DNA from: Candidatus Daviesbacteria bacterium RIFCSPLOWO2_01_FULL_39_23
GTDB taxonomy: Bacteria; Patescibacteriota; Microgenomatia; Daviesbacterales; UBA10151
DNA length: 64,000 bases
Direction: 5' to 3'
NCBI GenBank assembly: GCA_001776935.1
Contig: MFDN01000001.1
Location: 293,449 to 357,448, forward strand
Under the pieces are notes generated by a model that did no database searches, had not been told where the DNA came from, and was given only the letters and a program-made list of their open reading frames with translations. A program made the position numbers and the translations under genes. Below are positions 38,429-47,960 of the stretch, piece after piece. Position 1 is the stretch's first letter. Every line of letters starts with the position of its first letter.

Positions 38429-41400
38429 ATGAACGATTTTCTAAAACAGTTAGGACAAAATGTCAGTTCAGCTGCAAATCAGGTGAGTAAAAATATTGGG
38501 GATTTCTTCTCCAATACCCAGCGTGGAGTTTCAGAAAGCATTTCTTCATTGGTTAAAGGAACGCAAAAAAACATTTTTGAGCCAATCGGGAAACTCATGC
38601 CTGAACAATATGATATTGAAATAGAGGGACCTTCAGGACAAAAGTACAAAGCATTTAAAAACCTATATGTCGAAACAGCAGCGCAAGCACTCGGTCTTGG
38701 AGGCAGAGATACTGATGTTTTGGAAAGACTTCCCAGCGCCACTATCGGGGCATTCAAAGGAGCAACTGACGGACTGGCACAATCGCTCACCTTTGGCTGG
38801 TGGAATCCGGAGATAAAGTATGCCAACGACATCGAAGAACAGGCTGGCAAAATGACAGAGGTTGAATTCAATGTCATCGGAACTGTAGGTACATTTCTCG
38901 TAGGAGGTGGGCTTGTGGCGGGCGCACTAAAAGGAATTCCTCTTCTTGCCAGAGCAGCAACAATAGCTCCGAGAACATTCAGCTTACTATCAAACGGTCT
39001 TACCTTTGCAGGTCTTACCCAGGTCCAGAAAGACGAAGCCCAAAAAGATGCTGGCCAAAGAGCAAAGGACTTTGTTAGTGATTTTGCATTAGGTGGAGCA
39101 TTTTCAATAGCAGGGATGAAACCTTCATTCTTTAAATCCTCTGCAATTATTGGACCGGCAACTTATGTGACTTCACTTCTTAAAGGAGATTCAAATGAAG
39201 ATGCATTAAAAAACACAGCAGCCATGATGGGACTTCATTCTCTCAATTTTGCTGTAGCTAAATACCTTCCATATGGAGGCAACCCCCAGAAACAAATGGA
39301 GAAAGCCACTGGAGAACAACTAAATATAACAAAGCAGGAGGCACTGAAATATCTAGGTGTGGAAGAAAAAGCCACTGCAGAACAAATCAAACAAGCCTGG
39401 AAAAATAAAGTAGTAGAAATTACCAAAGCATTTCCAGCTCAGGCGAAACAAACCCCTCAAAAGATGGGGCAATTCAATCAAGCTTGGAATACAGCAAATC
39501 GCGCATATGAATTTATAACAAAAGCGAGCAATCCGGCAGGATATACAGGCAAATCATTCCGCCAGGAATTTCAGGATCTTTACTATGAACTCTGGCAGAC
39601 AGTACCAGACAAAAGAGCGTTAATTGTAATAACGATCCGCAATTTGCCTGCAGGATTATCAGTAAGAGCAACCCTGGAAGATTCTCAAAGAAATGAAATT
39701 ATCACAGCATTAGGTGGAGAAAATGCAAAAACCCGACTCGGCAGAGTTGCAGAATTAACAGATGCAGACTTAGTGGCAGTAGCAATGGAGAACAACATCA
39801 AGGTAAGTCCATCAAAAGGAATACTAGAACAGGCAATTGCCGAGGCAGCAAAAACACCCAAAGCAACCCAGCCAACAGTTGAAAGAACAGAGATTTGGAA
39901 TGTGCCAGGCGATCTTATGCCAGTCAAAGGCAAACCTACCTGGAAGCATAGCAAGATGCTCTGGAATACCATGCGCAATCAATACGGCATGACCAACACC
40001 TGGGGCAAAGATATAACAAAAAATAAAGGAGCGGTCTTCTGGATTATCGACACCCTAGAAAACGGACTGGCAAGCAAAAAAGACTTAATGGCCGAAGCCA
40101 GAAAAACAAAAGGGGTACACATGGACAGATACCAGTATAAAAAACTCTATGCAATGTTTAAATCCCACGACTATGATATTGAAGGCTACAAAAAAGTAAT
40201 GGCAACTTTAAAAGGATTAAAACCTGCGGTAATAGAAAAAACCCAGGAGTTTGCTGCTAAAGCTCAGTCACCAGCACAACCTGTTTCTATCTCTGAACCT
40301 GAAGTGAAACCGGCAGAGGGTTTTCAATTTGATCCCAATTCAACAGTAAATCAGGGCAAAGTGATAGTCAAAGACTCAAGCATCTTCGAGAAAGGAACGT
40401 TCTTCCGACAGAAAGGAAAAGATACTGGAGTGTCCTACTTAATGGGTAAGAATACTCAAACCGGGAATACAGAAGTACAGACAATCTATTTTGACAAAAA
40501 GTTATTTGCCGAAGAAAAAGCAGCTAAGTGGTGGACGAAAAATGCAGACAGATTTATAAAACCTTGGAGTGTAAAAGAAGAAAAACTTCCATCTACACCA
40601 GAACCAAAGCATGTGTCTGAGATAACAAAAGAAGGTACAATCCGAGTCGTCCGTTATTCAACAGAAAAAACAGTCAATACCGATGAATTTAGAGGCGGGA
40701 CTTGGTATGCAACACCGGAAAGCAAAACATTTGATTTCAGCAAAGAAGAAGGCATTGGAGGAAATCTAAAAACTGAAACAGCGGTAGAAGTTAAAAATCC
40801 TCTTGTGATTAAGGGAGCAAACACAGAAGATGGTTCGTTTGCTGTGGTGAACGAAGGTTATGAAAACTTCCTGCCAGAGCAACAGAAAAACCTTGCAAAT
40901 GAATTATGGGAAAGAATTCATACACCTGAAGAAATCCCAGACGAAACGGAAACAGAAGGGATCATAAGTGATATCTTAATCAGAAATGGAGACGGTAAAG
41001 ATCAGATTGCCAATGTAGTCAAATCATCGAACAAAATCGACGCAGCCATGGATCTGATAATTTCCAAAGGATTAAAAGTGGAGGGTTATGATGCTCTTAT
41101 ACTCACAAACACATATAAGGATCAGGAAATAGATAGACATGTATTTAAGTTTATAAAGGAAACCGAACCTACTGTAAAACCTTTAATAACTGATAAATTT
41201 ACCCCAGCCGAGCAAAAAGCTGCCAGAGCCGAAGAAATCAGGTTGAAATATAGGCCGGAAGAAAAAGAATTGCTCGATGTAGAACGAATCCCTAGTATTG
41301 GTGAAATCATGCGAAGCACAAAATTCAAAGATAGAATCTCCGGAAAGGTAACTGCGCCTGATACACCAAGAGCAGATGAATTAAAAGATGCCCCCTCAGG

Positions 41401-44062
41401 GCAGCCACCTAGATCCCCAGAAGAAACACCCTTATCAGGTTCAACTCCTCCGCCTGAAGGCAGTGCACTTAGTGCAATAGATGCGATGGTGGGCAAAAAG
41501 TCCGCAGTAAGGAATATTGGTGAAATGATAACAGGAGCAATCAGATCATTCCCCCGTTTGTTTACTGATAGGTTTGCGGCTATCAGAAAATTTGAAGATG
41601 ATGTCAGTAAACTGCAAGGACAACCAATAGATATAAACTCCAGTCCTTACGTAGCAGCCAGAATGTATGCCGGAAGGTTTGGTATTGTGGAAGGAAGTTT
41701 TCGAGATTTACAAAAAATATTAGAGTCAGTAAGAAAGCTGCGGCCAGATTTCACAAGGTTCGTATTAGCACAACGTGCCATTGAAAGGGGTGAGAGAGGA
41801 TTTCAAAACCCAGCTGGAGTAACTCAGGAGACTGCCAAACAAGCACTTGAAGAACTAAGAGCAAAGGTCGGCGAAAAAGTATACCAACAATTTGAACAAG
41901 CTGGGCAAAATATCCAGGACTGGTCCATAAACACAATCCTAAAACCTATGAAGAATGCAGGTATTCTTAGTAACGAAGCATTCAACGCGATAACCGAAAA
42001 GAATAAGCACTGGATGCCCTTCCATGTTCTCGATTACCTGCCAAGTCCGGAACAGGCAGACAAGATACCAATTGGCAGTGAAACCTTTTCAGTGAGTAAA
42101 CAAGGAGTAGTAAAAGCGCTGGAAGGAACAGAGAAAATTATCAGAGATCCTTTCGAGTCTATTCTCGACAACCTGACAAAAGCAGTATCGCTAACCAAAA
42201 GAAATGAAGTAGCTCGTAAGTTAATAGACTTGAGGAACGTTCATCCGGAAGCAAAAGAGTTTATTAAATTCCTGCCAGGAGATCAAAGACCACAAGAAGG
42301 ATGGGACAGCATCTCTGTATTTATAAAAGGTAAAGCAATCCGCTGGGCATTACCAAACGAACTCTCAGAAGCAATGCATGCTATGACTCCGCCGGAAGCA
42401 AACCTTCTTGGGAAAATGATTCTGTTGTCCTCCAAAGCATTCAAAGCGGGTACAACTACTCTCTATTTTCCATTCACTCTGTCCAATGCAATCAGGGACT
42501 ACCAGACAGCCACAATGGTATCTAAATGGGGCTTTAATCCGGCAGTCTGGCTCTCAGGTTTTGGAGATGGACTCAAAGGTGCATTCAAATGGGAGTCAAA
42601 AGCCTATGACGAATTCATGAGAAATGAGGGTGGCTATGGAGGCTATATACAATCTGCCAAAGGACTCGCTATAGCGTCAAAAGAATTATTCGCACCCCAA
42701 TGGATGCAAAGAACAAAAGCAGTCCTTAATCCATTTGAATTGATAAGTAATTTTTCAGAAGCAATAGAACTGGCTCCCCGTCTTGGAATTTACAAAAAAG
42801 GAATAGGCAAAGAGGGAGTAACACCTCTGGAAGCAGCATTTGAGGCAAGAAACGTCACAGTCGACTTTGCCAAAGCAGGTATAGAAGGAAGGCTTATTAA
42901 TATGTGGATTCCATTCGTAAATGCCAGATGGCAGGGGTTACTCAACGTAGGGCGTGTAATGAAGGACAATCCGCTAAGAACTGCAGCAAGAGCGCTGGCA
43001 ATGACTGTTCTGCCAGGAGTAGCAACCTATTTTTATAACGTCATGAATCATGAGGAACTTTGGGATGATATTCCACAATGGGCAAAAGACACCTACTTCA
43101 TCATTATCGTAGGAGAAGAAAAAGATAAAGACGGCAATACAGTACCAAAAGTGGTGCAAATTCCAAAAGGAGATATCGGCGCAATTTTCTTCAATCCAAT
43201 CATGTACGCACTGGAATATGTAAGAAAGCAAGAACCGCAAAACCTCTTCGCGCTGGGGTTGGAATGGACCAGCCAGCTCTCGCCTGTGCCATTTACCAGA
43301 GATGGTGAATTATCAGCGCAGGCATTTTTGGGAGGCGCTCTTCCTCCGGCATTAAAAACACCAATAGAGCTGGCAACCAATACAAACTTCTTTACAGGCT
43401 TTCCTGTAGTGCCAAGAAAGCTGGAAAAGGTAGCACCCTCTGAGCAATATGATGAAAGAACTCCGGAACTGGCAATAACAGTAGGCAGAGCATCGGGAGT
43501 AAGTCCTATGAAACTGACTCACGCAATCTACGGCTTAACAGGCAGTTTCTCCAAAGAATTAATCAATCCGACAGATATCCTCGGAATGACAGCGCAGCGC
43601 TTTTACAGGGCATCAGGTGGCGAGAAACAACGCCTTGCGTGGGATTTGAAGTATGACACCGAAGTTGGCTACAACACGACCCGCTTGCAAATTCAGAAAG
43701 CCATGCAGGAAGGTAATATGCAGGAAGCACAACGGATCGCTACAGAGTGGAATACAAAAGCTGCACAAATTGTACCCGTTATAGTTCCGCTTCTTATGAA
43801 AGATGATCCTAAAGAAGCTGCCAGTTTTCAGAAAAGCGTCACATTCGGTAATGACGATATACAGAGACTACTGAAATTAAATCCTCCTGCAGAAAACACA
43901 AGTCAACCGAAAGGCTCAGAGATTAGAGGTATTAAAAATTTATTAAGAGGTAGCCAACCGCCTGCAGGTGCATCTCAAGCACAACCAACAATGGGTCAAT
44001 TTTTCCCGGGTAATAAACAAAGCGGAGATGATCAAACCATTAAAAACTTAATTTATCGATAA
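38429..44062 (+). CDS. Large polyvalent ejection protein (TM segments, J-like domain, ART-like domain, LPD38-like C-terminus)
   Basis: Start at ATG 38429. DFAKAG..N.WIPFVNA..QG, WDDIPQWAKDTYF, IPKG and ELATNTNFFTG.PVVP motifs. Confidence 0.7.
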   Translation: MNDFLKQLGQNVSSAANQVSKNIGDFFSNTQRGVSESISSLVKGTQKNIFEPIGKLMPEQYDIEIEGPSGQKYKAFKNLYVETAAQALGLGGRDTDVLERLPSATIGAFKGATDGLAQSLTFGWWNPEIKYANDIEEQAGKMTEVEFNVIGTVGTFLVGGGLVAGALKGIPLLARAATIAPRTFSLLSNGLTFAGLTQVQKDEAQKDAGQRAKDFVSDFALGGAFSIAGMKPSFFKSSAIIGPATYVTSLLKGDSNEDALKNTAAMMGLHSLNFAVAKYLPYGGNPQKQMEKATGEQLNITKQEALKYLGVEEKATAEQIKQAWKNKVVEITKAFPAQAKQTPQKMGQFNQAWNTANRAYEFITKASNPAGYTGKSFRQEFQDLYYELWQTVPDKRALIVITIRNLPAGLSVRATLEDSQRNEIITALGGENAKTRLGRVAELTDADLVAVAMENNIKVSPSKGILEQAIAEAAKTPKATQPTVERTEIWNVPGDLMPVKGKPTWKHSKMLWNTMRNQYGMTNTWGKDITKNKGAVFWIIDTLENGLASKKDLMAEARKTKGVHMDRYQYKKLYAMFKSHDYDIEGYKKVMATLKGLKPAVIEKTQEFAAKAQSPAQPVSISEPEVKPAEGFQFDPNSTVNQGKVIVKDSSIFEKGTFFRQKGKDTGVSYLMGKNTQTGNTEVQTIYFDKKLFAEEKAAKWWTKNADRFIKPWSVKEEKLPSTPEPKHVSEITKEGTIRVVRYSTEKTVNTDEFRGGTWYATPESKTFDFSKEEGIGGNLKTETAVEVKNPLVIKGANTEDGSFAVVNEGYENFLPEQQKNLANELWERIHTPEEIPDETETEGIISDILIRNGDGKDQIANVVKSSNKIDAAMDLIISKGLKVEGYDALILTNTYKDQEIDRHVFKFIKETEPTVKPLITDKFTPAEQKAARAEEIRLKYRPEEKELLDVERIPSIGEIMRSTKFKDRISGKVTAPDTPRADELKDAPSGQPPRSPEETPLSGSTPPPEGSALSAIDAMVGKKSAVRNIGEMITGAIRSFPRLFTDRFAAIRKFEDDVSKLQGQPIDINSSPYVAARMYAGRFGIVEGSFRDLQKILESVRKLRPDFTRFVLAQRAIERGERGFQNPAGVTQETAKQALEELRAKVGEKVYQQFEQAGQNIQDWSINTILKPMKNAGILSNEAFNAITEKNKHWMPFHVLDYLPSPEQADKIPIGSETFSVSKQGVVKALEGTEKIIRDPFESILDNLTKAVSLTKRNEVARKLIDLRNVHPEAKEFIKFLPGDQRPQEGWDSISVFIKGKAIRWALPNELSEAMHAMTPPEANLLGKMILLSSKAFKAGTTTLYFPFTLSNAIRDYQTATMVSKWGFNPAVWLSGFGDGLKGAFKWESKAYDEFMRNEGGYGGYIQSAKGLAIASKELFAPQWMQRTKAVLNPFELISNFSEAIELAPRLGIYKKGIGKEGVTPLEAAFEARNVTVDFAKAGIEGRLINMWIPFVNARWQGLLNVGRVMKDNPLRTAARALAMTVLPGVATYFYNVMNHEELWDDIPQWAKDTYFIIIVGEEKDKDGNTVPKVVQIPKGDIGAIFFNPIMYALEYVRKQEPQNLFALGLEWTSQLSPVPFTRDGELSAQAFLGGALPPALKTPIELATNTNFFTGFPVVPRKLEKVAPSEQYDERTPELAITVGRASGVSPMKLTHAIYGLTGSFSKELINPTDILGMTAQRFYRASGGEKQRLAWDLKYDTEVGYNTTRLQIQKAMQEGNMQEAQRIATEWNTKAAQIVPVIVPLLMKDDPKEAASFQKSVTFGNDDIQRLLKLNPPAENTSQPKGSEIRGIKNLLRGSQPPAGASQAQPTMGQFFPGNKQSGDDQTIKNLIYR

Positions 44063-44067
44063 AAACT

Positions 44068-45141
44068 ATGGCAGATATCATACGATCAATAGAACCATTT
44101 GAACTGACACAGGGATTCGGAGACAACCCTCAGGCTTACGCCCGTTTTGGACTAAAAGGTCATAACGGTTGGGATTTAAGAACTCAATATCCGGATACTC
44201 CTAAAGGCTTCAGGAACATACTGACTTCATGGTTGAGCAAATTTTATACCCAAGGAAACGAAGGAAACGATGGTTTCGGGCTCTATTTTGAAGTTATTGT
44301 ACAACTTTATAACACATATAAACTCACTTACGCACATTGCAATTCGATAGAAAACTTTCAAACAAAAAACGAAGGTGAAGCAATGGGCATAAGTGATAAC
44401 ACTGGAAACAGTACCGGCAGTCACCTTCATCTGACAGTAAAAAGAGGTTCACTCCAAAATGGAAAGTTTATAAGCGATAACTACAATAACGGCTACTTCG
44501 GAGCAATTGAACCACAAGAATTCTATGATGAATTAAGACAGTATAAAAAAGAGAAAGGTACAACACAAAACCCAGAAGGCTGTCTTGTCCCCAACACTCT
44601 AGAATGGAGGCAAAAGTACGAAGAAATTGTAAGTAGCGCTAATAAATGGGCAGAAACGCTAAAGATTTTAGAGATAACTGATGACCCTAACACTACCCCT
44701 CCCGATAGAATTAAAAGCACCATCGCTGGGTATAAAAGTAGGGAAACAGACTTAAACAACAAGCTAAATGAGAAACAACAACAGATTGATGTTGCCAACA
44801 GAGAACTAGAGAATAGAAAAGAACAAGTTAGCAGAATGGAAAAAGGACTGCTAGATAAGGAAAAGTATTACAAGTCCCAAATAGACGCACTAAATAAACA
44901 GATTAAAAACGGCTCTGAATCTCTACCCTTGGCACAGGCTAGGATAGGGGTACTGGAAAAGGAACTTGACGAAGCTAATAAAGCAAAAGGGGGAGCGTTA
45001 CTGGGAGCTGAAGAATATAAAACAAAGTTCGAGTCATCCCAAAAAGGCACACTAATACCTACTCCGCAAATTATCTTCTCGTTAATTATTCAGTACATAG
45101 GAAATAGTCTCAAACCAAAAGGGGGTGATAAGCATGGATAA
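44068..45141 (+). CDS. M23 peptidase endolysin with coiled-coil tail
   Basis: HNGWD (HxxxD), YAHC and TGNSTGSHLH (HxH). Confidence 0.85.
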   Translation: MADIIRSIEPFELTQGFGDNPQAYARFGLKGHNGWDLRTQYPDTPKGFRNILTSWLSKFYTQGNEGNDGFGLYFEVIVQLYNTYKLTYAHCNSIENFQTKNEGEAMGISDNTGNSTGSHLHLTVKRGSLQNGKFISDNYNNGYFGAIEPQEFYDELRQYKKEKGTTQNPEGCLVPNTLEWRQKYEEIVSSANKWAETLKILEITDDPNTTPPDRIKSTIAGYKSRETDLNNKLNEKQQQIDVANRELENRKEQVSRMEKGLLDKEKYYKSQIDALNKQIKNGSESLPLAQARIGVLEKELDEANKAKGGALLGAEEYKTKFESSQKGTLIPTPQIIFSLIIQYIGNSLKPKGGDKHG

Positions 45142-45397
45142 TCTCTATCCCGAATGGAAAAAAGTAGCCTGGCGATTTATTCGTGTTTTTATATCCGCCT
45201 TCCTTTTTACAGGATCACTGGTTCTTATGAATGCACAGCCAGAATCTCTCACTAATGAGGATAAATTCCTAAATACATTAATAATGCCTTTCTTTTTATC
45301 AGGGGCAATTGCAGGAATTAATGCCGTTGGAAAGCTGTTGCGTGATCTATTAGGTTCAAAGGGAAAGGATGGTTTAGTAGATAAACTGCCATTCTAG
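45134..45397 (+). CDS. Holin-like 2-TM protein
   Basis: WRFIRVFISAF, two TM segments, charged C-terminus. Follows the lysin. Confidence 0.65.
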   Translation: MDNLYPEWKKVAWRFIRVFISAFLFTGSLVLMNAQPESLTNEDKFLNTLIMPFFLSGAIAGINAVGKLLRDLLGSKGKDGLVDKLPF

Positions 45398-45402
45398 AAA
45401 CT

Positions 45403-45654
45403 ATGGAAAAAAGCGGACCAGTAAATACTATAAACATGCTTGAAAGAGTAGCCAAACTCGAAGAGCGGGTTGATGGCGGGTTCAGCTATGTCGAGAAAGA
45501 ACTGACGGAAATAAAGGAAAATCACTTGCAACATCTGCAGGCAGATGTGAGTGAGCTAAAAATCCAGGTTAATACATTGGCTGTAAAAATAAGCATTGCT
45601 GTGGCAATAGCGACTATCATTGTGGATATTGCCTTCCGCTTTTTCTTTAGATGA
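45403..45654 (+). CDS. XhlA-like coiled-coil plus C-terminal TM lysis protein
   Basis: ERVAKLEER...ENHLQHLQAD, then one TM. Confidence 0.6.
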   Translation: MEKSGPVNTINMLERVAKLEERVDGGFSYVEKELTEIKENHLQHLQADVSELKIQVNTLAVKISIAVAIATIIVDIAFRFFFR

Positions 45655-45659
45655 AGGTA

Positions 45660-45947
45660 TTATTTACCCTTCTTCTTTTCTTTGGTAGGAAGTGGTTCGT
45701 GACCCAGAAGATTTTGGAGATCCTTTGTAAAGCCTTCAAAGGCATTGGCATTCAAAACAGTGAAGTAATTTGTATCAGGTACACCTGTAAATATAAGTGT
45801 ATCGCCGGGCTGGATATTTTGTGCCTTTCTTAATTTTGCAGGAATAACCAACTGGCCTCTAGAACTTACTGGAGATGTTCCATAAACAACAGTTTTTGCC
45901 TCTTTTCTTACTGCTTTGCCCTCTTTTTGCTTTGTTTTGTTTTTCAT
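45660..45947 (-). CDS. AbrB/MazE/SpoVT family DNA-binding protein
   Basis: VSSRGQLVIPAKLRKAQNIQPGDTLIF. Confidence 0.88.
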   Translation of the reverse strand: MKNKTKQKEGKAVRKEAKTVVYGTSPVSSRGQLVIPAKLRKAQNIQPGDTLIFTGVPDTNYFTVLNANAFEGFTKDLQNLLGHEPLPTKEKKKGK

Positions 45948-46125
45948 ATATTGAAACTAAATTTTGGGCAGTGTAAAATCTTAGATAAGAGAAATCTTAA
46001 ATCTCTTAAGTTTATTAGAATGTATTATACAATAAACGTGGATAAAATACGCAAGGAAGATGCTATAATAAAAACGTTAGCTGGGAGAAGCAAAAGATTT
46101 TATACCCATGTGGTCTTTAAGAGAT

Positions 46126-46195
46126 TGGAGCTGTAGCTGGAGATCTAGTGTGATATAGTCCCTGAGGCTAAATAGGTCCGAGCCAATTACGCTCC
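46126..46195 (+). ncRNA. Candidate small structured RNA (tRNA-like or long hairpin)
   Basis: GGAGC/GCTCC closing stem with nested G-U-containing stems. TATAAT at ~46068 upstream. Confidence 0.3.
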
Positions 46196-46247
46196 CCCGC
46201 TCACAAGTCTTAACTTGCTTTAAGTGTATTTACAAATTTGTGTAATT

Positions 46248-47960
46248 TTACCGACTGGATTCTTGTAGATGATAGACCTGCATTTTTCGTAATAGATCAA
46301 ACAGTTGTTCTGATAATTCTTTCTCAGTTTGCAGCTGTCCGGCCTCTTGGGAACTTTTCATAAATCTTTTTTTTATTTCTTCAAATCCAGCAGGACTGAG
46401 TAATTGCCGGGCGTTTTCAACTTGAATTCTTGCTCTGTTTCTACTTCTCAGCCAACGTGCTGCTAATTCATTATTCCATTGATCGATAGTGCCATCAACA
46501 AACACATGCCATTCTTGTCCAACTAATATTGCACCCGCAAATATGGAATTAAAATCTGTCAATCCCATATCTTCTTCTATTGCTTGCCTGCTTCTGTGAA
46601 CTAAGCCCTCATAAGAGGGTAAATTATTCACATACCAACCCGAACTTTCTGATACAGCAAATAATTGCTCAATTAGAAATGATCCCGGCCGTTTATAGTT
46701 GCCTTCTACCAGCAATAAGCCTGCTTGGGTAACAGAGGGGATAACTCTATAATCTGGATAGCCCATTCGCTCAAGTTTTCGTTTAGCCAATTCAGCAACT
46801 TTCTGCGGACTTTCTTCACTTTTCTCCTTGCATACTGCCAGCTGGTCTCTATGACAGTAGGCAGAACAGACGGATTCAAACTTTGGTTTTGTATCGCCCG
46901 ACCAATGTGCCAATCTATCCGGTGTGGGCTGATGATATTTTAATGTCATCAGCTGTGAAACAGCGCAACTTGTGTTATTGTGCACTGGGGTGCTGATCCC
47001 CATATCTGATGCGACTTGTCTAACAAGTTTTTTTATACCGTCGGGTAAAATTTTTGCTACAGGATAATCAATCGCAGTGTATTCGGGTGGTAACGGATAC
47101 CCGGCTTTACTAAAAGCTTCTGCTGTAACACCCCGATATACAAAAAGACCTCCAACCGTATAAATATCGGCAAATTGTTGCGTATCATGAATAGTTTCTT
47201 TAATTTTACCTTCAGTTGCATTAATTCCTGTGATCATAGGACGCATAGAAACAATAACCGGAATGCCTGCATTGTGCATTTGCTCCATTGTTTTTAAGCG
47301 TGCTTTTCCGTTTATTGGTTCAATTTCCTGTGGCATTCCGCTGTAGGTTACAATGCAGATAGGCCTTCCTCCCATTTCTTTCACTTTTCTTATTTGTTCT
47401 GCATAGTTTGGAGTAATGCCCATTTTTGTAATAAACAAAATTGGCCCGGTGTGTTGTAACTCGGTTACCATTCTTTTCATGATTTCAACAGTTTTGCCCC
47501 AATCCATTCCAGGATCATTGAAGTTTTCCAATATAACTGAAGAGCTTGTTTCGTAGTATGGATATTGCCCTATTGCATTTATTAAATCATCTGCGGCAAT
47601 TTCTTGATCTATTTTGTTGCCAACCATGAGTCTGGAATTAACTGATATGCCTCCGTCCACCCCACAGGACAAATATCCGGCTATTTTATCTCCATTTGTG
47701 TTTTTATCTAAAGAGATTTGGTTGCAATAAATACATCCGACTGCGCATCCGGGACCGCTTTCTCCAGCATGAACAATTCCGGTTTTTTTCCAAAGAGCAG
47801 TCGGACGCAAGCTCTGGTCAATGTGTTCAGAAAATATGAGATCTGCAGAAGGTAAGCTTACGCCTTCCAGAGGTGTAAACGTTCCAAAAACAGGATTGCC
47901 TTCTGCTTCTCGTCCCATTGGGCGGACGTATTTATTAGAATTATTTGATTCTATTGACAT
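46248..47960 (-). CDS. Radical SAM protein (SPL-like superfamily) with auxiliary Cys cluster
   Basis: GCAVGCIYC (CX3CX2C), FITK and MRPMITGIN motifs, plus extra TSC...H...CSAYC...C. Confidence 0.75.
   Translation of the reverse strand: MSIESNNSNKYVRPMGREAEGNPVFGTFTPLEGVSLPSADLIFSEHIDQSLRPTALWKKTGIVHAGESGPGCAVGCIYCNQISLDKNTNGDKIAGYLSCGVDGGISVNSRLMVGNKIDQEIAADDLINAIGQYPYYETSSSVILENFNDPGMDWGKTVEIMKRMVTELQHTGPILFITKMGITPNYAEQIRKVKEMGGRPICIVTYSGMPQEIEPINGKARLKTMEQMHNAGIPVIVSMRPMITGINATEGKIKETIHDTQQFADIYTVGGLFVYRGVTAEAFSKAGYPLPPEYTAIDYPVAKILPDGIKKLVRQVASDMGISTPVHNNTSCAVSQLMTLKYHQPTPDRLAHWSGDTKPKFESVCSAYCHRDQLAVCKEKSEESPQKVAELAKRKLERMGYPDYRVIPSVTQAGLLLVEGNYKRPGSFLIEQLFAVSESSGWYVNNLPSYEGLVHRSRQAIEEDMGLTDFNSIFAGAILVGQEWHVFVDGTIDQWNNELAARWLRSRNRARIQVENARQLLSPAGFEEIKKRFMKSSQEAGQLQTEKELSEQLFDLLRKMQVYHLQESSR

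Larger units (their letters stand above)
27086..45947 (+). mobile_element. Phage-derived (podovirus-like) morphogenesis and lysis module; no portal, terminase or integrase recognised in window
   Basis: 19 co-oriented, closely spaced genes in the order scaffold, capsid, adaptor, nozzle, fibre, ejection, lysis, ending at a convergent AbrB-type gene. Confidence 0.85.

Noticed and set aside
27086-45654. Stop-codon reassignment in the phage module
   Set aside because: Genes are full length in code 11, and the TAG read-throughs I checked hit another stop quickly.
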